Translations under genes and position numbers: made by a program | From: a virus | IMG/VR virus record: IMGVR_UViG_3300045988_001646 | Location: 1 to 43,538 of that record | DNA length: 43,538 bases | Reading direction: 5' to 3' (one strand) | Notes under the pieces: generated by a model | Seen by the model: only the letters and a program-made list of their open reading frames with translations | Databases searched by the model: none | What the model was told of the DNA's origin: nothing | Part shown: piece after piece, positions 25,748 to 33,273 of the stretch | Layout of the letters: every line of letters begins with the position of its first letter | Position numbering within the stretch: position 1 is the first letter of the stretch

Positions 25748-27190
25748 TTAATACACTTGATAAAATGCGTACCGGCTGGGCCTGTACTCGTCCTCTGTCT
25801 CCAGCGGGGAATACGGCCGCTCCACCGTCCTGTATTCCTCCCGCGGCCCTATGGGATTGCGCATGCACACATACCGCAGCTGGTCATAGATGTGGTCCTC
25901 GCCGTCGGTGTCGATGTCCTCCACGTCCGTCTGGTCATAGACCAGGTTCGGCACCGTCCGTATAAAATGCTTGCAGGTGCTGAACACATACAGCATGGGC
26001 ACTCCATCCTCGTCAAAGGCCAGCCGGTGATGCACCTGCATCTTGCCGTTGATCCGCGCGTGGTCACCCTTCTCGAAGTACACCCGCTGCCGCTCCATCA
26101 GCGCGCCCACGCTCTCCGTGCCGTCGCTCTGCCAGATGGCCGGATCTCCCACCCGGTGTATCTGCTTCCCCTTCAGGTTGGGATCCTCGTCCTCGATCCT
26201 CCGTATCTCCTGCGCCACCTTTGTTGGCTCCCACATCACGCCCCGGTTTGGTGTTCCCGTGCAGCCGTATAGCTCCCGTATATGGTACATCCGCCTGTTG
26301 CGGTCCACGGCGTACCACCCCACGGAAAAGGGCCGGGAATAGCCCCAGTCCAGTCCGCACCAGATCACCCAGTCCTCCGGCACCCGGAACGGCGCGATCA
26401 CGTGGGTGTTCTTCCGGTCCATATAGTGCTCGCTGTCGTTGCGCCACTCCGTGAACACCTGTCCCTCGAAGCTGTCCCAGTTGCCGTACAGCAGGGCGTT
26501 CCGCTCCGCCTCCGGCATGCTGGCCAGCCGCTGGACGTACATGGGGTCGTTTTCCATCAGTATCTTGTTGTCAAATACCGAGGACGGCACGAAGATCCGC
26601 TTCTGCTGCCCTATGTGCCTCCTGCCGTCCGGCGTGTACCACGCGGCCTCCTCCGTGATGGTCTGCATCGGCGCCGCCGCCGTGATGAAGCGCTCCTTCA
26701 CCCACCCGTGGCCTACGCCGCCGGGGTTGGCCGTGGAGCGCATATACACCCGCGTCCCCGGTCCGTTAGGCCGGTTTCGGGATTTCAGGTATTCGTATTC
26801 CTCCTGCGTAAAGTGCGTCAGCTCGTCAAAGGCGATAAAGTCATAGGCCTGCCCCTGGTACTGTATCTTGTCCTGCGGCCGGTTCATGCTGCCGAACACG
26901 ATCTGCGCCCCGGAGGGAAACCGCCATGTGTGGCTGCTGCCGTTGTACCTGGCCTTTGGGTATACCCGTGGGTAGTAGTTCAGCGTCTTGTCGATCAGCT
27001 CCCGCAGCTGCGGGAACGTCTTTCGCAAGATCAGCGCCTTGTACCAAGGGATATGCACCTGCCGCAGCGCCTCGATGACCAGTGCGTCGCTCTTGCCGCC
27101 GCCGGCCGCACCGCCGTACAGCGCCTCATACTCCGGCCGCGCCATAAATATGGCCTGCCGCTCCTGCGGCCGCCATACCACGCTACTCAT
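25748..27190 (-). CDS. terL: Terminase large subunit
   Basis: 480 aa. Walker A GGAAGGGKS. C-terminal nuclease-type region. Overlaps the terS stop. Confidence 0.9.
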   Translation of the reverse strand: MSSVVWRPQERQAIFMARPEYEALYGGAAGGGKSDALVIEALRQVHIPWYKALILRKTFPQLRELIDKTLNYYPRVYPKARYNGSSHTWRFPSGAQIVFGSMNRPQDKIQYQGQAYDFIAFDELTHFTQEEYEYLKSRNRPNGPGTRVYMRSTANPGGVGHGWVKERFITAAAPMQTITEEAAWYTPDGRRHIGQQKRIFVPSSVFDNKILMENDPMYVQRLASMPEAERNALLYGNWDSFEGQVFTEWRNDSEHYMDRKNTHVIAPFRVPEDWVIWCGLDWGYSRPFSVGWYAVDRNRRMYHIRELYGCTGTPNRGVMWEPTKVAQEIRRIEDEDPNLKGKQIHRVGDPAIWQSDGTESVGALMERQRVYFEKGDHARINGKMQVHHRLAFDEDGVPMLYVFSTCKHFIRTVPNLVYDQTDVEDIDTDGEDHIYDQLRYVCMRNPIGPREEYRTVERPYSPLETEDEYRPSRYAFYQVY

Positions 27191-27581
27191 CCCTGACCTC
27201 CGGCATCAGCACCACGCCGCTCTCGCCATTGTCCGATGCCTTGTTCATCATGGTCCACTTGTCGATCAGCGTACCTATCGCCGTGGTGATCTGGCTGGGC
27301 GTGGCCTCCGCCAGCTTTGCCGGGTCATTCAGCACCGCCAGCCCATTTCCGATGATCTGGCACACCACATCCCGCTGGCTCTCCATATACGCCAGAATGT
27401 CTGCCGTGTTCTGTGCTTTTTTCTCCGCGGCTTTTTGTTCAAAGTCGTCGCTTGCTTCAACAACGCGCTTTACCGTGGTAGGGTTTACGTTGTTTTTCCT
27501 TGCCGTGGCGCGATAGCTGCCGCTTTCCAGATAATCCGCCAGTATTTTCTTTTTCTGCCGGTCTGTCAGTCTCGCAGCCAT
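27183..27581 (-). CDS. terS: Terminase small subunit (HTH-containing)
   Basis: 132 aa from the ATG at 27581 (GAGGTGA RBS). N-terminal HTH (SYRATARKNNVNPTTVKR). Lies directly upstream of terL. Confidence 0.75.
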   Translation of the reverse strand: MAARLTDRQKKKILADYLESGSYRATARKNNVNPTTVKRVVEASDDFEQKAAEKKAQNTADILAYMESQRDVVCQIIGNGLAVLNDPAKLAEATPSQITTAIGTLIDKWTMMNKASDNGESGVVLMPEVRDE

Positions 27582-28098
27582 GTTATCACCTCGTTTTGTC
27601 TGACGCACCGGCCTCCCACCACTGGCCTTTGTCGTTGGCACGTCTGTACCCGGCTTTCGCCTCACCTAATATGTTCCCGCCGTGAGCTATGTGCCCCGCA
27701 AGCATACATAGCATCCACCACGGCGAAATCCTTTGCAGTAAGCAGACTATTTGAGACGCATCCCATACAGCGGTCTGCCAGCGCATCGCCTGTTGTTTTA
27801 CACAATCGGTCGGGTACCACCACGCATCAATACTATCCTACACAGCGGCTTTGTCCTAAGACAACCGCCACCACACCACATCCACGCCTCGGATTTCTCT
27901 CAAACACGGTGGTACCCAAACCAACCACGGAACTTTTCAGCCCTGCGCCGGTACGTCGGTCGCATCCGTTCATCTTTACAAAGCCGGTGCCAGCCAATAC
28001 ATAAATTACTTCGTCCTGCCGCTTTCGTACAGCGCACAGGAAAGACCACTTTCGCAGGCTTACGCTCCGTGCGGCTGCGAGGCAAGAGGTCACGCCTA
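27582..28098 (-). other. 517-nt ORF-free segment (candidate large structured RNA and/or pac region)
   Basis: No credible ORF on either strand in an otherwise tightly packed genome. CCACCAC occurs at 27616, 27715, 27817 and 27868. A 10-bp inverted repeat GGGTACCACC (27812-27821) / GGTGGTACCC (27909-27918) is present. Confidence 0.5.
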
Positions 28099-28177
28099 TG
28101 GTGCAGACAGCAAGATTTGAACTTGCGAACCCGAAAATTCTTCATATCGGAGCTGTATCCACCCAGCTTCTGCCTGC
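28099..28177 (-). tRNA. Non-canonical tRNA, probable anticodon GAA (Phe-like), with an aberrant anticodon arm
   Basis: 7-bp acceptor GCAGGCA/TGTCTGC. D-arm AGCT(G)...(C)AGCT with GG in the loop. T-arm GCAAG-TTCAAAT-CTTGC. Encoded ACCA. The anticodon region CCGATATGAAGAATTTTCGG needs either a 3-U bulge or an 8-nt loop. U8 is absent. Confidence 0.6.
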
Positions 28178-28191
28178 ATATTGCTCCCTCC

Positions 28192-28213
28192 GGGCGGAGC
28201 CGAAGCCCCGCCC
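28192..28213 (-). promoter_or_regulatory. UUCG-capped GC hairpin 5' of the tRNA
   Basis: On the minus strand: GGGCGGGGC-TTCG-GCTCCGCCC (9 bp, one G-U), 15 nt upstream of the tRNA 5' end. Confidence 0.5.
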
Positions 28214-28230
28214 ATCAGGAAAAGAAGGGG

Positions 28231-28327
28231 GAAAAGAAAAAAAGAATGGAGATGCAGAGTTTGCCCCTGCATCTCCCATGATAAAATGCGTTTTTTCAAT
28301 TTTTCCACTTTTAAGTGGAATTTTCAA
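28231..28327 (-). promoter_or_regulatory. Late regulatory module B: TTGAAA box, 18-bp palindrome, TGn-AAAAAT, then intrinsic terminator
   Basis: On the minus strand: TTGAAA-A-TTCCACTTAAAAGTGGAA-AAAT, then 21 nt, then a 12-bp hairpin GGAGATGCAGGG/CTCTGCATCTCC followed by ATTCTTTTTTTCTTTT. Confidence 0.6.
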
Positions 28328-28330
28328 AAT

Positions 28331-28564
28331 TTATTTTTCGGAAATATCTACTACGCAGGGATAGTCCGTCCTGCCCATCAGATAATCCACCGACACACCA
28401 AATTCATCCGCTATGCTCTTCAGCGCATCCATCGTCGGCTTCGCCGTCCCCAGCTCATACCGCCGTATGGCATCCGAATTCAGCCCGCAGCGCTCCGACA
28501 GCACATACCGCTTCAGTCTCTTTTTCTCCCGCAGCTTTCTCAGCCGTTCCGGGAATTCGCTCAT
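28331..28564 (-). CDS. XRE-family HTH protein (last early gene, abuts late module B)
   Basis: 77 aa. GGAGGAGG RBS. Classic HTH_3 sequence (LRKLREKKRLKRYVLSERCGLNSDAIRRYELG). Confidence 0.8.
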   Translation of the reverse strand: MSEFPERLRKLREKKRLKRYVLSERCGLNSDAIRRYELGTAKPTMDALKSIADEFGVSVDYLMGRTDYPCVVDISEK

Positions 28565-28565
28565 G

Positions 28566-28862
28566 TCAGCACCTCCTCCCCAATGCGGTCATGATCTTCT
28601 TGTCCACCTCCGTCAGCGTAACCAACGCTTCTTTTAGGTCATACTCCATCGGCGGAGGGCCTGGCAGGTCGCACTGTATAATATCCTCCGGGAAGAACGT
28701 CTCCCGCACCCCGCCGCACTCCGCCACGATGTACCGCCCCTTCGGATGCACATACACCACCGTGCCCTTGCGGATAGGGAATTTCTTTTCTTCGCACCCC
28801 TTACCGGGGAATAAGTCTGGCAGCGTCATAAACCTCGCCCGGATCGTGTCACCCTTTTGCAT
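28566..28862 (-). CDS. Hypothetical protein
   Basis: 98 aa from the ATG at 28862 (AAAGGA RBS). The longer ORF extends to 28916. Confidence 0.5.
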   Translation of the reverse strand: MQKGDTIRARFMTLPDLFPGKGCEEKKFPIRKGTVVYVHPKGRYIVAECGGVRETFFPEDIIQCDLPGPPPMEYDLKEALVTLTEVDKKIMTALGRRC

Positions 28863-29094
28863 CTGCCCCGTCCTTTCGTTCGCCGTAGGAGCAGAAATCG
28901 TCATACCCGCTGGCAACCATCCGGCAAGCGTATGTTTTGAACTTCAGACAGTCCTTGCACCGCACCACGACCTCTGCGTCTACGGTGGGCGCCGCGCTCA
29001 CAATGGGCAAAGCAATCTCGTCTCTATCTGCATTATCAAACCACGGCTCGTTATCAAGCCGTTCCCATAGATCGTCGCCATCAATCAGCCGCAT
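28849..29094 (-). CDS. MRLIDGD-family small protein (paralogue 1)
   Basis: 81 aa starting MRLIDGDDL. Shares PTVDAEVVVRCKDC with 29382-29639. Its start overlaps the upstream stop (ATGCGGCTGATTGA). Confidence 0.65.
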   Translation of the reverse strand: MRLIDGDDLWERLDNEPWFDNADRDEIALPIVSAAPTVDAEVVVRCKDCLKFKTYACRMVASGYDDFCSYGERKDGADAKG

Positions 29095-29377
29095 CGTTGT
29101 CACCTCCGTCCATTTTCGCGCCACAATTAGGGCAATAAGGAGTGAGGTCAAACCCCACTCTACGCCTGCACTTCGAGCACCTATATCCACTAATAGGGTC
29201 TATTTTATTCACACACACCCACACCCCATGCACCACCGGGGTAACATCAGCGGCGGGAAGTTTCAACATATCCATCTGGATAATCGACAGCATCCTATTT
29301 TGAGCCACACTGTTCTCCGGTCTACGCATCCGCAAAACAGATTTTACTGCCGCTGCTCGTTCAATATATTCAGCCAT
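29081..29377 (-). CDS. Zn-ribbon small protein, AADVxPVVHGxW / CPxCGAKMDG family (paralogue 1)
   Basis: 98 aa. GGGAGG RBS. Starts MAEYIERAAAV and ends CPNCGAKMDGGDNDAAD. Confidence 0.7.
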   Translation of the reverse strand: MAEYIERAAAVKSVLRMRRPENSVAQNRMLSIIQMDMLKLPAADVTPVVHGVWVCVNKIDPISGYRCSKCRRRVGFDLTPYCPNCGAKMDGGDNDAAD

Positions 29378-29381
29378 TGGC

Positions 29382-29639
29382 TTATCCTCCCTCGTGGCAA
29401 TATCCGTTTTCGTCCGTGTCCTTGCTCCAATAGGTGCAGTGCAGGACATTTCCGATCACCACTGATTGATAGCAGTCCTTACAGCGCACCACGACCTCTG
29501 CGTCTACGGTGGGGAGCTGCTCTGCATACTCCATCACCGACTCGATACCGTTGATGAAATGCGTGTTGGCGTGTTCTTTGTCACAATGGTTTGCCCGAAT
29601 GGGAAACTCTTGCAGTTTGTCACCATCAATCAGCCTCAT
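29382..29639 (-). CDS. MRLIDGD-family small protein (paralogue 2)
   Basis: 85 aa starting MRLIDGDKL. Same junction sequence with its upstream gene as paralogue 1. Confidence 0.65.
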   Translation of the reverse strand: MRLIDGDKLQEFPIRANHCDKEHANTHFINGIESVMEYAEQLPTVDAEVVVRCKDCYQSVVIGNVLHCTYWSKDTDENGYCHEGG

Positions 29640-29838
29640 CGTTGTCACCTCCATCCATCTTCGCGGAGTTCTCCACAAAGTTGCAGACTCTGGCCGCGCA
29701 GCAGAGGCACAGTTGTTTCTCCGCAGAAAATGGTGTCTTAAAATTCACAACGCCATAGTGATTGAAATCCAGATTCACGCCGTCAACCTCGTAGTCAATC
29801 TCGCGCCCGCACATATCACAGAACACTTTAACCATCAA
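29626..29838 (-). CDS. CxxC...CxxC small protein (MVKxFCDxCG family, paralogue 1)
   Basis: 70 aa. Starts MMVKVFCDMCGREI and ends SAKMDGGDNDEAD. Confidence 0.6.
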   Translation of the reverse strand: MMVKVFCDMCGREIDYEVDGVNLDFNHYGVVNFKTPFSAEKQLCLCCAARVCNFVENSAKMDGGDNDEAD

Positions 29839-30125
29839 CTATTCCTCCCGTCCATCTTCGCGCCGCAGCTGGGGCAGTAGTTGCGCTTGTGGTTGTTCCA
29901 CATATCGCAGCACGTTGATACATACCCCTCGGCAACAGGCGTTCCGCTTCGGTAGTGCGTTACCCACCGCCCATGCACCACCGGGGCCACGTCAGCAGCG
30001 GGCATATAATGCACTTCCGCCATGATTTCAATGGCATCATGTCCAAATCTCTTGGCTACATCCTGGTTGTTCAGCCCATCCTCGATAAACTTTTCAACAG
30101 CTTCCCGCTCAATGTATTCAGCCAT
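29835..30125 (-). CDS. Zn-ribbon small protein, AADVxPVVHGxW / CPxCGAKMDG family (paralogue 2)
   Basis: 96 aa. Starts MAEYIEREAVE, contains AADVAPVVHGRW and CPSCGAKMDGRNS. Confidence 0.7.
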   Translation of the reverse strand: MAEYIEREAVEKFIEDGLNNQDVAKRFGHDAIEIMAEVHYMPAADVAPVVHGRWVTHYRSGTPVAEGYVSTCCDMWNNHKRNYCPSCGAKMDGRNS

Positions 30126-30297
30126 TGTCCTTCTCCTCCCCATTAAACCACTTCCGCAGTTTGTGCGCGCACGAAACACACAGCTCGTAGTCGTTGTCGT
30201 TTATGTCGTTCTTAATCCGCCGCATACCGGCATAGGTGACGTAGATGGGCGGGTTGATCTCCGCTCCGCATCGGTCACACACTCTCTTTGTCGCCAT
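30118..30297 (-). CDS. CxxC...CxxC small protein (paralogue 2)
   Basis: 59 aa. Starts MATKRVCDRCGAEI and contains LCVSCAHKL. Confidence 0.55.
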   Translation of the reverse strand: MATKRVCDRCGAEINPPIYVTYAGMRRIKNDINDNDYELCVSCAHKLRKWFNGEEKDNG

Positions 30298-30493
30298 TTT
30301 CAGCCCTCCCATAAAACGCCTCTAAGTCATCCTGCGCCTTGTTGACAAAATCTGGGCAAGCCAAGCATTCCGGTATCGGGTAATCCGTCATGGGGTCAAC
30401 CCATCCGAGACAGTAGATGCGGTCTTTTTCACCGTCGTTCCATTCGTGGGACGGGTGCCCGCGCTTGCCCAGCGAACACTTAACCGTTGCCAT
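30275..30493 (-). CDS. Hypothetical Cys-containing small protein
   Basis: 72-aa ORF in the operon. Overlaps its neighbours. Confidence 0.5.
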   Translation of the reverse strand: MATVKCSLGKRGHPSHEWNDGEKDRIYCLGWVDPMTDYPIPECLACPDFVNKAQDDLEAFYGRAENGDKESV

Positions 30494-30992
30494 CCTTCAT
30501 CGCCTCCAATGCTTTCTCCGCCTCCTCGCGGGTCAGGAATACGGTCTTACCGATTTCTCCGGCGTTTATACCTGACAGCGATTGCCAAACAAACCCTTCT
30601 ACAATGTCCCACTCGATAAACAAACTGAACAATTCCACGCGGATGGCTTTAACTTTATACACACTGATCGTTTTTCGACCCGTTACTTCGTAAAGCCTAT
30701 CGCCCACCTTGCACGGCAGCACCACCAGCCGACCGTCTTTGTCGGCTTTGACCAGCTGTCGGAAGTTGTCCAGTGCCTCGCCGACTTTCTGCTCACCAAT
30801 CAAGTCCTCCAAAAACACCCAATAGGCGTGGAACTCATCCGGCGTCAGCCCGCTGTCCTCATAGGCGGCAAGGCGTTCAACCAGACGGTCAAACGATGGG
30901 CAATCTATGCAATCCATGTCCACATTGCAGTTACCGGAACACTTCATGTAATGGTCGGTGCCAAGATGGTGCTTTTCAGTCAGTCGTTCCAT
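30480..30992 (-). CDS. Hypothetical protein
   Basis: 170 aa from the ATG at 30992 (GGAGGG RBS 7 nt upstream). N-terminal Cys cluster. Confidence 0.6.
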   Translation of the reverse strand: MERLTEKHHLGTDHYMKCSGNCNVDMDCIDCPSFDRLVERLAAYEDSGLTPDEFHAYWVFLEDLIGEQKVGEALDNFRQLVKADKDGRLVVLPCKVGDRLYEVTGRKTISVYKVKAIRVELFSLFIEWDIVEGFVWQSLSGINAGEIGKTVFLTREEAEKALEAMKDGNG

Positions 30993-31234
30993 CACATATC
31001 CCTCCATTTGCACCCGTCACAGGCGCCCTCGTGTGCTTGTTTGTACTTCCCGCAGTATCGGCATAGCTCGTTGATAAGAGCTTTTCGGTCTGCCGCCAGC
31101 TTCTCGTTTGTGTCCATCAAACTACTGTTGGAAGCATCCAGCTGCGAAATGCTGTTGTAAGCAGTTTCTAATTCGTCACGCAGATCAATTAGTCTTTTTC
31201 TCAACTCCGCAGTGTATTTAGTCAGTCTGTCCAT
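30992..31234 (-). CDS. Hypothetical coiled-coil protein with a C-terminal Cys cluster
   Basis: 80-aa ORF, coupled to its neighbours. Confidence 0.55.
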   Translation of the reverse strand: MDRLTKYTAELRKRLIDLRDELETAYNSISQLDASNSSLMDTNEKLAADRKALINELCRYCGKYKQAHEGACDGCKWRDM

Positions 31235-31406
31235 CCCGCGCCTCCTTGATCTTCTGGCAAAGGCACGCCCAGCACCAGTTGTGGACGTTCAGCCTTTCCC
31301 ACCAACTCTCGGTGAAACTGTATTCGCGCTTTTTGAGCTTAAACATGCTTCCTTCATTTGAGCTTTCAATCTCTTCTCCGCAAATATCACAAAACTGCTT
31401 AACCAT
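31218..31406 (-). CDS. CxxC...CxxC small protein (paralogue 3)
   Basis: 62 aa. Starts MVKQFCDICGEEI and contains WCWACLCQKI. Confidence 0.55.
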   Translation of the reverse strand: MVKQFCDICGEEIESSNEGSMFKLKKREYSFTESWWERLNVHNWCWACLCQKIKEARDGQTD

Positions 31407-31692
31407 TGTCCTGCTCCTCCTTCACCGCCACAGCCTTTGCCAGCTGTGCCATGCCCTGCTTCATGTCCTCTATCTGCTTATCCCGCCGTGCAATGGCGTC
31501 CTTCAGGCTGTCGTTGGCTTTCATCAGTGCCTCGATGTGCCGCTGCTGGTTCTCGATCAGGTCAGCGGCGGCCGGAGCCAATACTTCACGACATGGTTCA
31601 CGGCTTATCTCGTTCATTGGGCAATCTTCTTCGCAGTCTCGCCCCGGTTCTGCGCAGCACCGCAGCGCGGTCACGATCTCATCTCTTGTCAT
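31399..31692 (-). CDS. Hypothetical protein (Cys-rich N-terminus, coiled-coil C-terminus)
   Basis: 97-aa ORF. Confidence 0.55.
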   Translation of the reverse strand: MTRDEIVTALRCCAEPGRDCEEDCPMNEISREPCREVLAPAAADLIENQQRHIEALMKANDSLKDAIARRDKQIEDMKQGMAQLAKAVAVKEEQDNG

Positions 31693-31693
31693 G

Positions 31694-32191
31694 TCATTCC
31701 TCCATAAGTTTCATAAAACATCCCCAAAATGTCTGTGACTTCTTTCCGCTATGATGCCCGAAAAGCGGGCGTTCTCCGATTGCTGCCCACACATCTGCGG
31801 CTGGTATCTGAGTTTCAGCCCATTTGAAAATCAGTACACCGTCAGGCTTCAATACGCGCATACACTCTTGAAATCCGTCATGCAGCATTTCGCGCCAGTT
31901 CTCTCCGAGCTGTCCGTACTTCTTCCGCATCCACGCATTTTCTCCAATGCGGCGAAGGTGCGGCGGGTCGAATACGACCAGCGCAAAAGAATTATCAGGG
32001 AACGGCAGATCTGTGAAGTCGCACAGCACGTCAGGATGCACGATGCAGGTTCGTTCAGAACTGCGGTTTGTGCTTTTCCAAATACCCGTATATTCCTCGT
32101 CCCGAGCATCGCAGTAGATTGCGGCAGGATGGCTTTTGTTAAACCATATCGTCCGAGATCCGCAGGTGGCATCAAGAATTTTCTTTGTCAT
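31694..32191 (-). CDS. SAM-dependent methyltransferase (probable DNA MTase, DPPH motif)
   Basis: 165 aa from the ATG at 32191 (AGGAGA RBS). Motifs LDATCGSR and VVFDPPH. Confidence 0.65.
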   Translation of the reverse strand: MTKKILDATCGSRTIWFNKSHPAAIYCDARDEEYTGIWKSTNRSSERTCIVHPDVLCDFTDLPFPDNSFALVVFDPPHLRRIGENAWMRKKYGQLGENWREMLHDGFQECMRVLKPDGVLIFKWAETQIPAADVWAAIGERPLFGHHSGKKSQTFWGCFMKLMEE

Positions 32192-32201
32192 GTCATTTCT
32201 C

Positions 32202-32477
32202 CTAATCTCCAAACACCACGCCGCACTCGTCCTTCAGCACGTCCTTGATGTGCTTCCGCTTGATGCGGCCCTCGTTTATTTCCTCCGCCAGTTTTTCCAG
32301 GCACTCATACAGGTACGCGATGCTCTGCGTGTCACGGCTGTCCGCTGTCTCCTCTTGGACGTGCCAGCCGCATTTGTCCATCAGCACCATCGCCACCATG
32401 TCCATGTTCTCCCGTGTGCCTTGCAGCTTGCCACGCATAAAGATGCGGTCGTCCCTGCTTAAATGCTGCTTGCCCAT
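32202..32477 (-). CDS. Hypothetical protein
   Basis: 91-aa ORF lying between the two methyltransferase genes. Confidence 0.55.
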   Translation of the reverse strand: MGKQHLSRDDRIFMRGKLQGTRENMDMVAMVLMDKCGWHVQEETADSRDTQSIAYLYECLEKLAEEINEGRIKRKHIKDVLKDECGVVFGD

Positions 32478-32480
32478 GTT

Positions 32481-33272
32481 TCAATTCCCCCACAGTGACA
32501 CTTGGTTTTCGTCCTGCAGTACAAGCATTTGCTCCTGCGCCTTCTGGCAAAAGTCCCGGCTGATCTCAAATCCGTAGCCACGCCGTCCCGTTTCCATACA
32601 AGCACGCAGCGTAGACCCGCTTCCGGCGCATGGGTCAATGACCACATCACCGGGGTCTGTGAATATGCCGATTAACCGTTTTAGCAGCACAACCGGCTTT
32701 TGGGTTGGATGGATCTTTGGAATGTCTTTCCCGTCGCGCCCCCACTCCTGCCAGTTGAAAACCATTCTTTTTTCTCCGTACATATCCGTGTTGCGGAACT
32801 TTGGCAGTTTGTCCCGATACAGCACCACGGCAAACTCTGTCGCGCCGACAATACGCATATTTGCCTTGAGAACCTGCGCGGAATAATTCTTAATGAAAAA
32901 CAGGGGATAGGACTTCATAAAACCGTACCGCTTGCCATAGTTGATAACCGTCTGCATCTGCTCAAAGGCGCAAAAGACAATCATAGCCGGTGCCTCGCCT
33001 GTTGCTTTCGGCTCTTTTTTCAAAAGGCGGGAGCAAAAGTGCATATACTCCGCGATTTTGAAATTCCCGTCTGAATTAAAAAATGACTTCTTGGCAAGGC
33101 GGCTTTCTCCGTTAGCGTTATCTCCGCCTTTGTACCACATAGGATTGCTTGCGTAAGCGTTTGTTCCAATGTTGTATGGGATGTCCGCAATTACAAGCTG
33201 TGCCTTGGGAATGTTGTACTTCTTGAAGTTTTGAAAATTGTCGTTAAATAGCTGCACTTGCTGCTTGCCCAC
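32481..33272 (-). CDS. DNA methyltransferase (N6-adenine/N4-cytosine type, motif IV before motif I)
   Basis: 263 aa from a GTG at 33272 (GGGAGG RBS 6 nt upstream). Motifs IADIPYN and DPCAGSGST. Confidence 0.85.
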   Translation of the reverse strand: MGKQQVQLFNDNFQNFKKYNIPKAQLVIADIPYNIGTNAYASNPMWYKGGDNANGESRLAKKSFFNSDGNFKIAEYMHFCSRLLKKEPKATGEAPAMIVFCAFEQMQTVINYGKRYGFMKSYPLFFIKNYSAQVLKANMRIVGATEFAVVLYRDKLPKFRNTDMYGEKRMVFNWQEWGRDGKDIPKIHPTQKPVVLLKRLIGIFTDPGDVVIDPCAGSGSTLRACMETGRRGYGFEISRDFCQKAQEQMLVLQDENQVSLWGN

Positions 33273-33273
33273 G

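Noticed and set aside
27586-28145. Track ORFs 27586-27786, 27833-28093 and 27900-28145 (minus strand) and 27751-28281 (plus strand) as genes filling the terS-tRNA gap
   Set aside because: Their compositions are W/C/R/G-rich. They have no RBS and overlap each other and the tRNA. The region is better treated as non-coding.
28331-28916. Interpreting the XRE HTH gene plus upstream small ORFs as an anti-CRISPR (acr-aca) locus
   Set aside because: Only the generic pattern is present (small unknown ORFs followed by an HTH gene). There is no sequence-level support. The HTH is better explained by its position abutting the late regulatory module.
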